Shown here piece by piece: positions 40,191 to 52,915 of a stretch of DNA of 64,000 nt (the first letter of the stretch is position 1; every line of letters starts with the position of its first letter). The translations under genes were made by a program, and so were the position numbers. The notes beneath the pieces were generated by a model. That model was not told the origin of the DNA and did not search any database. It worked only from the letters and a program-made list of their open reading frames with translations. The DNA is from Squalus acanthias (taxonomy: Eukaryota), in the NCBI GenBank assembly GCA_030390025.1, contig JASTWF010000332.1, positions 62,001 through 126,000 of the forward strand, written 5' to 3'.

Positions 40191-40244
40191 ACAAAGGATT
40201 AATCACTGTGAGACACGACAAAGGATTAATCACTGTGAGACACG
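40191..40244. repeat. Perfect 27-bp tandem duplication just upstream of the exon-7 acceptor
   Basis: acaaaggattaatcactgtgagacacg x2. Confidence 0.95.
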
Positions 40245-40343
40245 GAGAGATTCACAAATAAACATAGAGGTAGCATACAATTGAAAAACAGGCAAAATAA
40301 TATGTTTGGAGACAAGTGACTGCCTGAGTAAAGTAGAAATGTA

Positions 40344-41316
40344 GGGCTAGAAACTGGAATTCATTGCGCCTGTTTTATGGGTGTATAATGGGTGCACCAA
40401 AGGCCAATTTCGGGGACTAAGGCCCCGTGCCCAAAGAACGTCTGAAAGACGTTCCACCCGATATTGGGTCGGGCGATTATTTCAGGCATCCCCGACGGAC
40501 ACCTAAAACAGGTATTCGGGCCCTTACATTTGTAAATGAGGTACCTAACGCTCGTTTTAGGGAACCTCGCCGATATCCGATGTCGCAGAGCAGAGCAGGA
40601 GCCTAAAGCTTCTCCACAGGGAGCTCCTTGCTGTCGAGTGTAGACCAGATTTTATTTCCCCCAGCTTATACAAGCGGAGTCGGTGTTCTCTCGCTACCTG
40701 TCAACAGGTAGTGGAACGAAAACTGCAACAAAAAAAACCAAAACGGCAACTTGCCGCTGAAGGTCGGCCTGTTCCAATTTTCAGGTGACCTCGATTTAGG
40801 TGGCGAGCGTTCCTGCCCTAAACAGGCGGGGGCCTGATGAAAATATTGAACCGGGGGGTCAAGTAATGCAGCGCTACTTCCTCAAATCGCCCACAAATCA
40901 CAAACAGTACAGTGTGGCGGCCATTCCCAGTGCTTTTTTTAAGGAGATAAGTAGCTGCCAGTAAGCGGAAGCTGGGAACATGCCTGGCACTCATATTCCC
41001 TGGGTTTGGTGAAGGATTTTGAGCCGTATGGCTTCATTAACTACAGCTCCTCGCTGCTGGGCGTGCTGTTTAAATTTTTCCATTGGTGAAGTAAGCTGCT
41101 CTGTCGACCCCCTCCCCCACATCTTTCCAGCCCTCCCCTTTAATGATCAGTGCCACCCTGGCGGATCTCCTGCCCTCCCAAACAGTGCACTTAGCGCTGG
41201 CTGCACAACCTGTTCAATGACAATGATGACCGACCAGGAGAATCGATTGACCCTCCCCCTCGGATGCCATCAGGGGAGCCCCACATGCCCGAGTGACACG
41301 ACATGAAAATCGCCCC
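40344..41316. mobile_element. Probable degenerate Harbinger-type MITE (possibly composite)
   Basis: CpG-rich block starting GGGCTAGAAACT and ending GAAAATCGCCCC, in the same terminal style as the other MITEs. Confidence 0.4.
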
Positions 41317-41367
41317 AGTGTGTTCTCCGAGTACAGATAGACTGTGGTGTAGCATGATAACTTTATT

Positions 41368-41753
41368 CATAAGAACATAAGAAATAGGAGCAGGAATAGG
41401 TCATATGGCCCCTCGAGCCAGCTCCGTCATTCAATAAGATCATGGCTGATCTTCTGCCTCAACACCACTTTTCCACCCGATCCCCATATCCCTTGATTCC
41501 CCTAGAGTCCAAAAATCTAACCATCTCCACCTTAAATATACTCAACGACTCAGCATCCACAGCCCTCTGGGGTAGAGAATTCCAAAGATTCACAACCCTT
41601 TGAGTGAAGAAATTCCTCCTCATCTCAGTCTTAAATGGCCGACCCCTTATCCTGAGACTCTGCCCCCTAGTTCTAGACTCTCCAGCCAGGGGAAACAACC
41701 TCTCAGCATCTACCCTGTCAATCTCCCTCAGAATCTTGAATGTTTCAATGAGA
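41368..41753 (-). mobile_element. CR1 3' end
   Basis: MFPLAGESRTRGQSLRIRGRPFKTEMRRNFFTQRVVNLWNSLP plus tail repeat. Confidence 0.92.
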
Positions 41754-42506
41754 TTAATGATGTTTTGTATTAACTGTAATAATACAGTTTACAGCAACTG
41801 AAATAGGACATTTACACTGGCTGGTGTCCAGCAGTCAGTAAACAGCCAGGTATTAGTATGTCCTGTTCAGATGAACAAACAGATAAGTGCCAGCAAAGGT
41901 AAGAATTAGGGCATTAATCAACTGCTTAAGTGTACACAGTGTAAATGGACATCTAAACGGGCACTGCCTTTATTACAATAGCACCTTAAGGGCTGTACAT
42001 AACATTTTGATTTCCACAGGCCTTCCACTTGCCCAGTCCGAACTGTTGTGTTAAAAGATGAAAATCTAACGAAGTTCATATATACGGAGATTAACTCCCA
42101 CCAGAAATATATTTTCTATTCTTGTGAATGAGATGTATCCGTCACACACCGTCTGAGTACGGCCAGGCTGGATAGCACGTGGCTTTCACAGAACCCGAGC
42201 ACACATGTAACAATGTCAGGACATTGCATAGAGGCATTGCTGTGTGTGGTCTCATATTCCTGCCTCTTATAAAACCCCAGCACCTTTGCTGTTCCTCCAG
42301 ATCATTTGGTCTGGAGCTAGACCGAAACCGACTAATTCCGCCCCCCCCACCCCCCGCCCACAAAACCTGTGGGAACGATGGGCAGGCTCTGCGATGTGTA
42401 GGATTCATATCATTTGAACAATAAAGATCCTACAAGATAGGCAATCTCTCGTTCCTTCATTTCAAATCCTCCAAATACTGTAGGACAATACCAAAGCTGT
42501 GCAGAT

Positions 42507-42890
42507 GGGGTCAGTTTTCACTTGTATCGCCCGACATGAACGGAGCTGTAATGGCCTCAAAATAGCAACGGTAACCATACCGCCCGATTAACACGGACCA
42601 AGAGGCGGCCGACATTTTGAAAGGAGTCTTCTGTTGGGAGCCCAGAGTGCCAGCCTGTTTTATCAGGAGTGTTCCTTTGGACCCCACAAAAAGAATCTCG
42701 ACACCCACCCCCTGCAAGCGCAACCCGCCCCCAACTACTTTGCTGGCGGCCGGGGTGGCCCGATATTGGTAGGCCTCACTTGGGCTTTGGTGTCTCGCAG
42801 CTCGCTGGCCTGATGCAAATGAGGCCAGTGCCTCAAAATTGCAACCGCCTCTTGCTGCCAGACGGTCGCCCAAAAGTGACAATTGACCCC
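42507..42890. mobile_element. Harbinger-type MITE
   Basis: TIR GGGGTCAGTTTTCACTT versus revcomp GGGGTCAATTGTCACTT. Confidence 0.7.
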
Positions 42891-43169
42891 AATAACTTCA
42901 GCTGTCTGGCTTGTAAATGTGTGAGGATTGCCCCATGTGGCAACCTTATCTACCCCAGCAATGGGAACCAGGAAGCAGCAGTGAAATGGCCAGAAAGGAG
43001 CAATGGAGTGACTCCCTTCTCCATATCTGCTCCTGGGCTTCTTCCCTGTAAAGTGGCAGCGAGCTAGGATATGGTCGACCGGTTTATTTGGCTATCCAGT
43101 TCTTGTTTACTGGTTTACCTTGGATCCTACGTCATAGGAAACTAATAACGTGTACACAGCTGAGATGTT

Positions 43170-43827
43170 GAGGGGAATTTTAACTCCCAAAAATGGGTGG
43201 GTTTGGGTCGGGTGGGATTTTAATAATCTCAAACGCGAACCCAACCCGTCTCGAACCCGCCCACATCTGGTTTTATTGGAGGAGGGATGAGGGATGGGCA
43301 ACCAATTCGCTTCCAGGAGGTGGGTTGGTCATTTAAATATTTTAGTGAGGCTGCGTGCCTTACATTTTACCTCCATTTTAAATTTTACGCTGACTAGCCA
43401 GGTTTCCTGGGCCCCAGGAACCCCGGTAGCTGAAGGGAGGCGAGGACTGCTGGATCCAGCAGGTGAGTGCCTTTCCAGCACTGCTTGTGGGCCAGGAGGA
43501 GCAGGAGTGTTTCCTCCCGGCCGAACAAATTAATCTGCTTCCCCACCCCTGTAATCGAACCACCCCCGCCCCCCCCCCCCGCAGTCCGGCCTCCCATCTC
43601 CTTTCCCCCCCCCCCTCGCCCCCCCACCAACACTGCCCCACCCACCCACCCCACCCCACCCTCCCTCCTCCTCCTCTCCGCTTTGCTCCAAGACTGCCGC
43701 AGGCCTACCCACCTGACTGAGGCCGGAAACGGGCACAAGTCGACGGTAGGTGCTGCCATTAAATTCGGCAGGACCCGAGGGAAACCCGTTCAAGCAAAAC
43801 TGCCCCCCACCTGCAAATATCGGGGCC
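43170..43827. mobile_element. Probable Harbinger-type MITE
   Basis: Starts GAGGGGAATTTTAACT, like the 1443 element, and ends AAATATCGGGGCC. GC-rich with poly-C tracts. Confidence 0.5.
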
Positions 43828-44848
43828 GATGTTTCAGTTCTGACTTATATGCTGGCGGATAAAACAGTCGGACAAGAACTTTTCAACCCAAACTATGTTA
43901 AAAACTCCAAGTGAATTGCAAGGACTGCCCTGTCAGAATGCCAAATCAAATACATCTGATCTACAGTAGGGGCTTGCAGTTCACTAACTCTGCAAGCCAA
44001 AACTAACTCTTATAGTGCAGTTCTCTATGCAAGAAACATAAACAGACCTTGAATGGTGCGTACATTAACTTATGAAGAAATAATTTAAGGTCCCAAGTGG
44101 GAACCAAAGAGAACCTAATGCCACAATTTTTAAAACAAATTACATGATTCTCTAATGATCTAAACACAAATGCCTCATGAACGATCGAAACGGCCAAACA
44201 TGAACCCAAATAGAGCTGGGTTTTAAACCAAAATTCAGCAAATGCTAGAGACACTCCAGAAGTTATGAGGCTTCAATGAGACTGACCAATTGGCTTAGTA
44301 GAGGCCCACTGGACAATGTTTTTTCACAAATGGATGTGTTGCAGGAACTAATGAGGTAAATAGATATCCCGACACAATACAGTGCTAGTGTTCAACAATG
44401 CCCAGCTGAGCATAACTGGATTCCTTAAGCTTAACTGATCTTGTTTTGAATGATACAGGAAACTTAGTACAGGCATTTCTTCTGGGTACATTTCATGAAT
44501 CAAAGGCAAATTTAACAAGTTGTGATATTGTGAGTAGAAAAGCATGATTTTGTGCATCAAGCTAGAGAGCAGTGTTAGTGCAAAAGCAAAATACTGCCGA
44601 TGCAGGAAATCTGAAACAAAACAATTCTGACGAAAGGTCATTGACCTTAAACGTTAGCTCTGTTTCTCTGTCCACAGATGCTGCCTGACCTGTGGAGTAT
44701 TGAGAGCACTGTTAGTAAATGGATTTAGAGCACCGTTAGTAAATGGATTTCGCTCAGTATTTAAAGCCATTAGCAAATGTTGGTTCTGACATACTGACCC
44801 ACCCTATCATAATGCTCTTATTTTTGCCTGCTTTGCTTGCTCTCTATG

Positions 44849-45915
44849 TAGAAATATAGAAAAATAGGAGCAGGAGTAGGCCATTCGGCCCTTCGAGCCT
44901 GCTCCGCCATTCAATATGATCATGGCTGATCCTCTATCTCAATACCATATTCCCGCTCTCTCCCCATACCCCTTGATGCCATTTGTGTCTAGAAATCTAT
45001 CTATCTCCTTCTTAAATATATTCAGTGACTTGGCCTCCACAGCTTTCTGTGGTAGAGAATTCCACAGGTTCACCACCCTCTGAGTGAAGAAATTTCTTCT
45101 CATCTCAGTCCTAAATGTCCTATCCCGTATCCTGAGATTGTGACCCCTCGTTCTAGAGCCCCCAGCCAGGGGAAACATCCTCCCTGCTTCCAGTCTGTCT
45201 AGCCCTGTCAGAATTTTATACGTTTCAATGAGATCCCCTCTCATTCTTCTAAACTCTAGTGAATACAGGCTTAGTCGACCCAAACGCTCCTCATACGACA
45301 GTCCTGCCATCCCAGGAATCAGTCTGGTGAACCTTCGCTGCACTCCCTCTATGGCAAGTATATCCTTTCTTAGGTAAGGAGACCAAAACTGCACACAGTA
45401 CTCCAGGGTGTGGTCTCACTAAGGCCCTGTACAACTGTAGTAAGACATCCTTGCTCCTGTACTCAAATCCTCTTGCAATGAAGGCCAACATACCATTTGC
45501 CTTCCTAACTGCTTACTGCACCTGCATGTTTGCTTTCAGTGACTGGTGTACAAGTACACCCAGGTCCCTTTGTACATCAGCATTTCCCAATCTATCACCA
45601 TTTAAATAATACTCTGCCTTTCTGTTTTTCCTACCAAAGTGGATAACTTCACATTTATCCACGTTATACTGCATCTGCCATGTATTTGCCCACTCATTCA
45701 ACTTGTCTAAATCACCTTAAAGCCTCTTTGCATCCTCCTCACAACTCACAATCCCACCTAGTTTCATGTCGTCAGCAAATTTGGAAATATTACATTTGGT
45801 TCCCTCATCCAAATCATTGATATATATTGTGAATAGCTGGGGCCCAAGCACTGATTCCTGCGGTACCCCACTAGTCCCCGCCTGCCACCCCGGAAAAGAC
45901 CCATTTATTCCTACT
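44849..45915 (-). mobile_element. CR1 (HER1-like) LINE, 5'-truncated
   Basis: [49 protein letters not shown], and the 3' tail. Confidence 0.95.
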
Positions 45916-46129
45916 GTGGCCATCTGTACCTATAGATATATAGTGGCATTTGAATAATGGCAAAAGTGCAACCAGGATGGTTTAAGGGCTTAGATACTTG
46001 AGCAAGGAGAGCAGGACAAGACAACGGAGTTCCTTTTCATTAAAAAAAGGGTTGTGTTAAATTTAAGTGTTTGTAAAGTTATGAAGCCAAAGTTTTTGTG
46101 CAAAACCAGGGGTCATAATTACAAAATTA

Positions 46130-47005
46130 GGCAACAACAGCAACATGCATTTATATAGCACCTTTAACATAGAAAAACATTCCGCGGTGAGATTAGAAAC
46201 TAACCATTAACTTTGTCAAAGGAGGGTCTTCAAGGAGGTGGAGATGTGTGGAGACTTGGGGAGAAATTACAGAGCACAAGTCCTCAGTAGCTGAAGACAT
46301 AGTAGGGTGAAGAGAGGGGTACACATCAGGCCAAAGTCAGAGGAATGGAGAGGGGTAGGGATGGAGAAGGTTACAGAGATAAGGAGATAGAAAGGTGAAG
46401 TCATGGAGGGATTAAACACAAAGAAAGAAAGACTTGCATTTATATAGCGCCTTTCACGACCACCGGACGTCTCAAAGCGCTTTACAGCCAATGAAGTACT
46501 TTTGAAGTGGAGTTACTGTTGTAATGTGGGAAACACGGCAGCCAATTTTGTGCACAGCAAGATCCCACAAACAGCAATCTGTTTTTTGTGAGAATTTTAA
46601 ATTTGAGGCATTGGGGGACGAAGAGCCAAAGCGAGGCAGGGAGGATTGGATTGATGTGTGAGCGGAACTTGGTGTGGCTTAGGATATGGGCACCAGATTT
46701 AGATCAGCTGACCTTTATGGAGGGTGGGAGGCCGGCCAGGAGAACAATGGGGTAATGGAGTTTAAGGATTACAAAGGCATGAATAAGGGTTTCAGCGGCA
46801 GGTAGCCTGAGATAGGTGGACAATGTTACAGAGCTGGGAGTAGGCAGTCTTTGTGATGGAGGGGATGGGAGGTTGGAAATTCTGCTCAAGGTCAAACAGG
46901 AAGTTGAGATTGCAAACGGCCTGAGACAGCGGCCAGGGAGGAGATGGGTTCAGTGGTAAGGGTACGAAGCTTGTGACTGGGTCCAAAGACGACAGCTTTA
47001 GTTCT
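46130..47005 (-). mobile_element. Degenerate L2 fragment with a DeuSINE tail inserted (about 46421-46580)
   Basis: AAETLIHAFVILKLHY (L2 C-terminal motif), with tail caacaacagcaacatgcatttatatagcacc. Confidence 0.7.
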
Positions 47006-47317
47006 CCCATTGGGGGCTTGTAAACCACTGGGGACCTTTAAAGTTATGCGATAAAATAGAATAAAACACCACCAGCTCAACAAGTGCTGAACCGGTGGGA
47101 TGTTAAAAAGAAGAAAATTGACTTTTTCCATTTAAAAAAAAGTTACACGTTTGCTAAAAGTTCCCATTTGGACACCTGGCCTCGCTGGATTGGACTGTGA
47201 GCTGCTATGATTGCCTGTAGCCCAGGGGGTCCATCAGCTGTTTCTCTGGCAGTAAGATTATAAAGATCATTCCCCCTCTTATGGAACAAGTCGTTGAACA
47301 GAACTAAAACGTCATAC

Positions 47318-47459
47318 CTGGGACGTTGGTGTTTTCAGCACTCTCTTCACTTTCTTGGTCCTCCTCTCCATCTGCATTTTGCTCGGTGTGCAGTAGACTC
47401 AGCTTGTGGCACACCTCAAAGGCTTGCCCTATAGTCCGCACTATCCTCATTGCTTGACT
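47318..47459 (-). CDS. NOS1AP: NOS1AP/CAPON-like internal coding exon (human exon 6 equivalent, end of PTB domain)
   Basis: Minus strand reads tcccag|AGT CAA GCA ATG...GTC CCA G|gtatga, giving [47 protein letters not shown]. This matches NOS1[33 protein letters not shown]. The exon is 142 bp, phase 0 to 1, with canonical AG/GT. Confidence 0.95.
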
Positions 47460-49610
47460 CTGGGACAGAGAGCAGGAAAAAGACTATTACCTCGGTGTAT
47501 CTCAATGAGACAGAGCTGGCATTGTCAAAATGAATACTGTGAGAATCTTTACATGATAACACGCGCAGTTAGGCGCCTTTGAGACTGAACCAGTGATTGT
47601 GTGAAATTAACAGTTGTTTGTTACAAGAAAGATAGAGCAATTGTGTGCACAATGTGGACTATTACAATGACAGTAAATCCCTCCCCTTCCTTAACAAGAC
47701 CACACCACTTCTGATGCAATCCATAAGGTTTGTGGCCCCCTCTCTAATTATAAAGCATTTGTTTACAACATGGTTTTTGTGGTGTTTCCAAAAGGTTGCT
47801 TTGTAAAGAGGATATACTAATTATCCATCGATAGGTTCCATTTCCTTAGCAATTATAATTAACGTGGAAAGAAATCCAGGTATGCTACCCGGGGTTCGGA
47901 TGTGCAGTCTGAATGGCAACTAAACTCTGAATGAGCCCACTCTGCACATCTCCTTTACCAGATGATTGTAAAGACTTGATTGCCCTGAGGCTCTGTCTAT
48001 TTAACAGGGAAACTTTGTGGCCATTTAACAGAAGAAAGCTCCACCTTAGCAGCAGGGTAATACATTGTGCAGCACCCGATGAGACACCCCTGCCCTGACG
48101 AGATAATGCCTCGTCTGACCTACCACGGGCAACGCCACAGGAGATCCACCCATTCGCAGTTCTTGCAAAGTGCGTGTCAAATGTAGTTTACAAAAAGTGT
48201 TCACGGTTCCACTGGACAACTCCCCACCTGACCCCCTTCCTCCCCCCTAGGGATTCGCCTCAGTGCCCTCTCTAAATATTTCCTGCTGGGGAAGGAGCTT
48301 TGCCCTGGTGTACAACCAAGCAGGCACAGAGTTCTCTCCTGGGCAGGATAGTTGGCATTCCAGCCAGACAGTGTAAACAGGGTACTTACTGCCTGGCTGG
48401 AGCCCATTCTGCAGTTACCAGTCTCAGATGAGGAGCTATAGATTAAATGCCACATCAAAGAATCAAGCTACCATTTCGTTTTTGCTAACAAGCTCGCCAC
48501 TGTTGAAGGCGCAAATCTCTTTCAGCGGCATGTCTAGAGTCTGGGTGCCAAGGGGGTCCCACCTAAGAGGTAGCATGGAGTGTATTCTGTGCCATTGCTC
48601 CTGCCTGCAGGAAATGGACACTTCCTCATTTCAGTCCCGGTGACTGAACTTTACTGGAACACGTGCCAGCGTGTATACGGCAGAGGAGTGAGGCTCAAAG
48701 TTCTCGTGATTTTTTTTTAATGCTACGACAACCCTTTGTTACAAACGGACATGTAATCACAATCCCAAGCTAAACCTGCCAACAATAAATGGTTACTGTG
48801 CTTCGGTGAGCGATTACAAATTTCAAACCAGCCCTGGCCCATGTCAGACACACACCGGCAGTAACGGGCCGAATTCATCTGCAGCCTGATTTCCAGTTGA
48901 TTAATTTTTTCCCCCCTATTTTGCTTCCTTTATTATTACAGCCACGTACTGGGAAACTGTCCAACTCTACCTCTCTCAACGCTTCAGAGAGAGTACTTCC
49001 CAAATTAGTTGAGATCAAATTCAGTTGAGATCCATAAGAGCCTTCATTAACACGTGCTTAATGTAATCATATGCACTCAAAACTAATTCCATCAGATTTA
49101 GCAAATAGCAGGCCAAAATTAATAATCACAGAGGGAGCTCTCCGTGCTTCCTGCTGCTCAGAAAATTAAAATTAATTTCAGCTACTGGTTTCCATATGTC
49201 ACCGTGGCAACGGAGAATGAGCTGATGTGGGTGCTGGCACATCAGGTAGCCCTTTGGCAGAGGGTGAAACAAAATGCTAAAGCGGAGCTCACTGTTGAAA
49301 GCTTGGCAAAGCAGCGCCTGGTAGCTCATTGCTGACATTTGATTATAATTATGGACATGTTTCAGTCACTGCACGTCAAAAATAATTCATTGTGCGAAGG
49401 ACGTGATACGATACTGTAAGAATGCAAGTCCTATTTAATATGAATATGTCGTCATTTTAATGTTTTTAAAATTATGTCCTTTGATTTTACAGGAGCAGCT
49501 TTAACCCAGAGCAAAGAGAATTTCTGTTCAAGAATAAAATGTTAGTGTTTGGTTTAATCGATTATTAACTAGTATATTGTTCCCACAACATATATATATA
49601 TATATATCTT

Positions 49611-50340
49611 GGGCCGTATTTTGCAACCCCTACGGGTGCATACGAGCCCACAGGGGCCGCGCAAGTTCTGGGTATAGGCATGCGAAGCGCGTGCACTAAA
49701 ACTCGGAACTTGCGATCTGTCAAGAATCTTCTTCTTGACAGATTGTCCACATCCCCGGGAGAAGGGCCTCTGTGGGTGGAGAGTTGCGCTATTTGCCCAA
49801 CTCCCGCCCACTGAATGCCTGTGAAATTCTTACGCCTGGTAAAAGCAGGTATAAGGCCTGCTTTTACCAGCATGAGAGTTAAAAAAAAATAGAAAAATAA
49901 CATTTTATCACTCATTTATACATTAAAAACCCTGTCCAATAAGGTAAGTTTATTTTTAGCCCCGTTAAAACATATACATTTTTTTCCACAAAAAATTTAA
50001 TTTTCGTTTAATATTTAATTAAATAGCATTTTAATTAATTTTAAATATGTAAAAAAATGTATTTATTTATTTCACGTGTTCGTGCATTTTTTAAGTGATC
50101 CCCATTCATACTTATGGGGTTTCCGTACGTACGATACTCCCATAAGTATAAATGGGGATTCCCTTCTTCTATTCGTTGGGCCGGCCCACGTGATCCCAGG
50201 GGCGCTGCCCGCACATGCCCGGAGAGGCCCAGGATCACAAGCCTCCATACCTCCCGAGCCACCAGCTAAATGCGTAATTTTTTTTTGAACAGGTCGGAGG
50301 CATCCACCTGCGGGAAGCCTCCGATCGCAAATTTTGGGCC
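49611..50340. mobile_element. Harbinger-type MITE, copy A
   Basis: Termini GGGCCGTATTTTGC and revcomp GGCCCAAAATTTGC, with an AT-rich core. Homologous along its length to 50537-51288 in the opposite orientation. Confidence 0.8.
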
Positions 50341-50536
50341 AGAGAGAGAGATAGTATATATACATATATATAGATTGTATATGTACAGGTAGATAGATAC
50401 ATAGGATAGATAGACAGAGATATAGATATAGATAGAGATATAGGATATATAGATAGAGATATAGGATATATAGATAGAGATAGAGAGATAGATAGATAGA
50501 ATATAAAAAGATAGTACATAAAAATATATATATATT
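50341..50536. repeat. Low-complexity (AG)/(AT)/(GATA) microsatellite
   Basis: Direct reading: agagag, tatata and gatagata runs. Confidence 0.9.
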
Positions 50537-51288
50537 GGCCCTGAATTTCCGATCGGAGGCTTATTGCGGGCGGATGCCTCCGATCGGAAAAAAATGTACA
50601 AACTTACCTGCTGGTTCCGTAGATACCAAGGCTTGCGATCCTGGGCCTCTCCTCTTCAAAGTGCGCAGAGGCCCACGTATCCCAGGGGCGCAGCGCCCCT
50701 TTGGATCACGTGGGCCAGGCGAACCAATGGAAGAAGGGAATCCCCCTTCATACTTGAGACAGATTTGTACGCACAGAACTGTCAAAAGTATGAATGGGAA
50801 TGACTGCAAAAATGCACCAACACACTGAAATAAATAAAGAAAAACCATTACATATATAAAATTAATTAAAATGCCATTTAATTAAATATTTTCAACAAAA
50901 ATGTAATCTTTTGAAAAATAAATGTAAATGTTTTAAAGGGGCTAAAAATAACCTTACCTAATTGCACAGGTTTTTTTAATGTTTAAATGATTAAAATAAC
51001 ATAAAAATAATTTTTTTTCAAACTCTTATGCTGGTAAAAGCAGGCCTTACACCTGCTTTTACCAGGCGTAAGAATTCTATGGCCTTTCAGCGGGCGGAAG
51101 TTGTGCAGAAAGCGGAACTCTCCACCCGCAGAGGCACTGTTCTTGGGCAGGTGTGCGATCTGGTTAGAAGATTCTTGACAGATCGCAAGTGGCGGGTTTC
51201 AGCGCATGCGCTTCGCACGCCTAAACCCGGCCCCTATGGGCGCGTACACACCTCATACACACCCATCGGGGGTCGCAAAATACGGCCC
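50537..51288. mobile_element. Harbinger-type MITE, copy B (inverted relative to A)
   Basis: Termini GGCCCTGAATTTC and revcomp GGGCCGTATTTTG. 3-bp ATT duplication at 50534-50536 and 51289-51291. Confidence 0.8.
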
Positions 51289-52121
51289 ATTAGTATAGAT
51301 AGATATTGATCGTACGAAGCAACTAAGTTTGCTGTAAGAAATGCACTGAATTCAGAGTTTAATGATGCAAATATGAAAGTCTTCTTATGCACAAAAGCAG
51401 CCCAGTGTGGCTCCAATTCCCTTTGATCCACGCTGAAAATGCTCGATAGCTGTGCTGCAATTTCCTGTCTATATCTATACGCTGGCGTGTGTGTACAAAC
51501 CTGTGCCCTGTCACTCTGGCACGGGGCATCAACATACCCCAGGGCAAAAAGTTAACCATGAGGTTTTTAAAAAAAAGTTTAGTACCAGAATTAATTAAAT
51601 TACATTTATGCAAAGGTGGAGAGGAAATGTAACCTCCAAAATTTATAGACACGGTGAGAAATGTTCTCTGTAATAAGACACTGCAAACAAAACACTGAAT
51701 TGCGTGGTATGCTGAATGGGAACAATTAATTCAATTAACTGAAAGCTTTTCAAATGATGATGAATAACAAACAAGCAGCCAGCAGGAGTATGATTTTGTA
51801 CAGTCGTCTGTTATTGCCAAACTTCTGTACGTACAACAATGGCAATCTCCATTTAAACAGCGTCTTTAACGTAGAATAATATCCCAAGGCGCTTCACAGA
51901 ACAGTCATCAGATAAAGATGGATGCCGAGCAAAAATAGGAGATATTAGGAGGGGGGCGACTAAAAGCTGTGTCAAAAGGTGGTTTTAAGGAGGATTTCAA
52001 TAGATGGAGAGGGAGGTGGAGAGACAGAGAGGTTTAGGGAGGGGATTACTAGTTCCTGCCGAAACAAACACTGCTATTTAAACCCCAGCTGAGTTGCCGA
52101 ATACGTGACATTGTATTTTTT

Positions 52122-52915
52122 TTCTCCTCTTCCCTTCTGAAGGCTCTGACTTGCTGGTGTGCAGTCCGTCAGGCCTTGGCCAGCTGGTGTGCGGTCCTTC
52201 AGGCCTTGGCCAGCTGGTGTGCGGTCCTTCAGGCCTTGGCCAGCTGGTGTGCGGTCCGTCAGGCCTTGGCCAGCTGGTGTGCGGTCCGTCAGGCCTTGGT
52301 CAGCTGGTGTGCGGTCCGTCAGGCCTTGGCCAGCTGGTGTGCGGTCCGTCAGGCCTTGGTCAGCTGGTGTGCGGTCCTTCAGGCCTTGGCCAGCTGGTGT
52401 GCGGTCCTTCAGGCCTTGGTCAGCTGGTGTGCGGTCCGTCAGGCCTTGGTCAGCTGGTGTGCGGTCCGTCAGGCCTTGGCCAGCTGGTGTGCAGTCCTTG
52501 GCCAGCTGGTGTGCAGTCCTTGGTCAGCTGGTGTGCAGTCCTTGGTCAGCTGGTGTGCAGTCCTTGGCCAGCTGGTGTGCAGTCCTTCAGGCACTGCCCT
52601 GCTAGCAGCCCCACCGTACCTCATACCCAAGTGCCCATTCTTCATGTGCAAACCCAGACGATGTGAGCTGGCAGACTATTGGTCCACAGAGGGCGTCACA
52701 GCCAAGCCCAATTCTGTCCTCACTCAATGTCCAGATAGGCGACCTCTCCGGCAGAAGTCAATGGTTGGCAACAAGGCAGTGAAACCCTTCCTGATCTTCT
52801 GCCCTCCTTAGCCCAGGGGTTCTGTGGCCATGTGCAGCATCCTGACTTCTCCACATGGACTTTAAATGGAACCCGAGACCCACACCAGGCAACGCATTAA
52901 CCCATTGGGCCATTT
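52122..52915 (-). mobile_element. Old LF-SINE-like element hosting the 30/22-bp array
   Basis: Shares cccaagtg.ccattcttca...tcacagcc.agccc with 22545-22640 and resembles the LF-SINE consensus as recalled. Related pieces at about 7940-7995 plus 8340-8600 (-) and 35655-35735 (+). Confidence 0.55.
52153..52592. repeat. Minisatellite: 11 x 30 bp, then 4 x 22 bp, then a partial unit
   Basis: Units gctggtgtgcggtcc(g/t)tcaggccttgg(c/t)ca and gctggtgtgcagtccttgg(c/t)ca. Confidence 0.97.

Noticed and set aside
52151..52811. Repetitive ORFs (LVCGPSGLGQ)n and other frames
   Set aside because: They are translations of a 30-bp minisatellite that is open in several frames.
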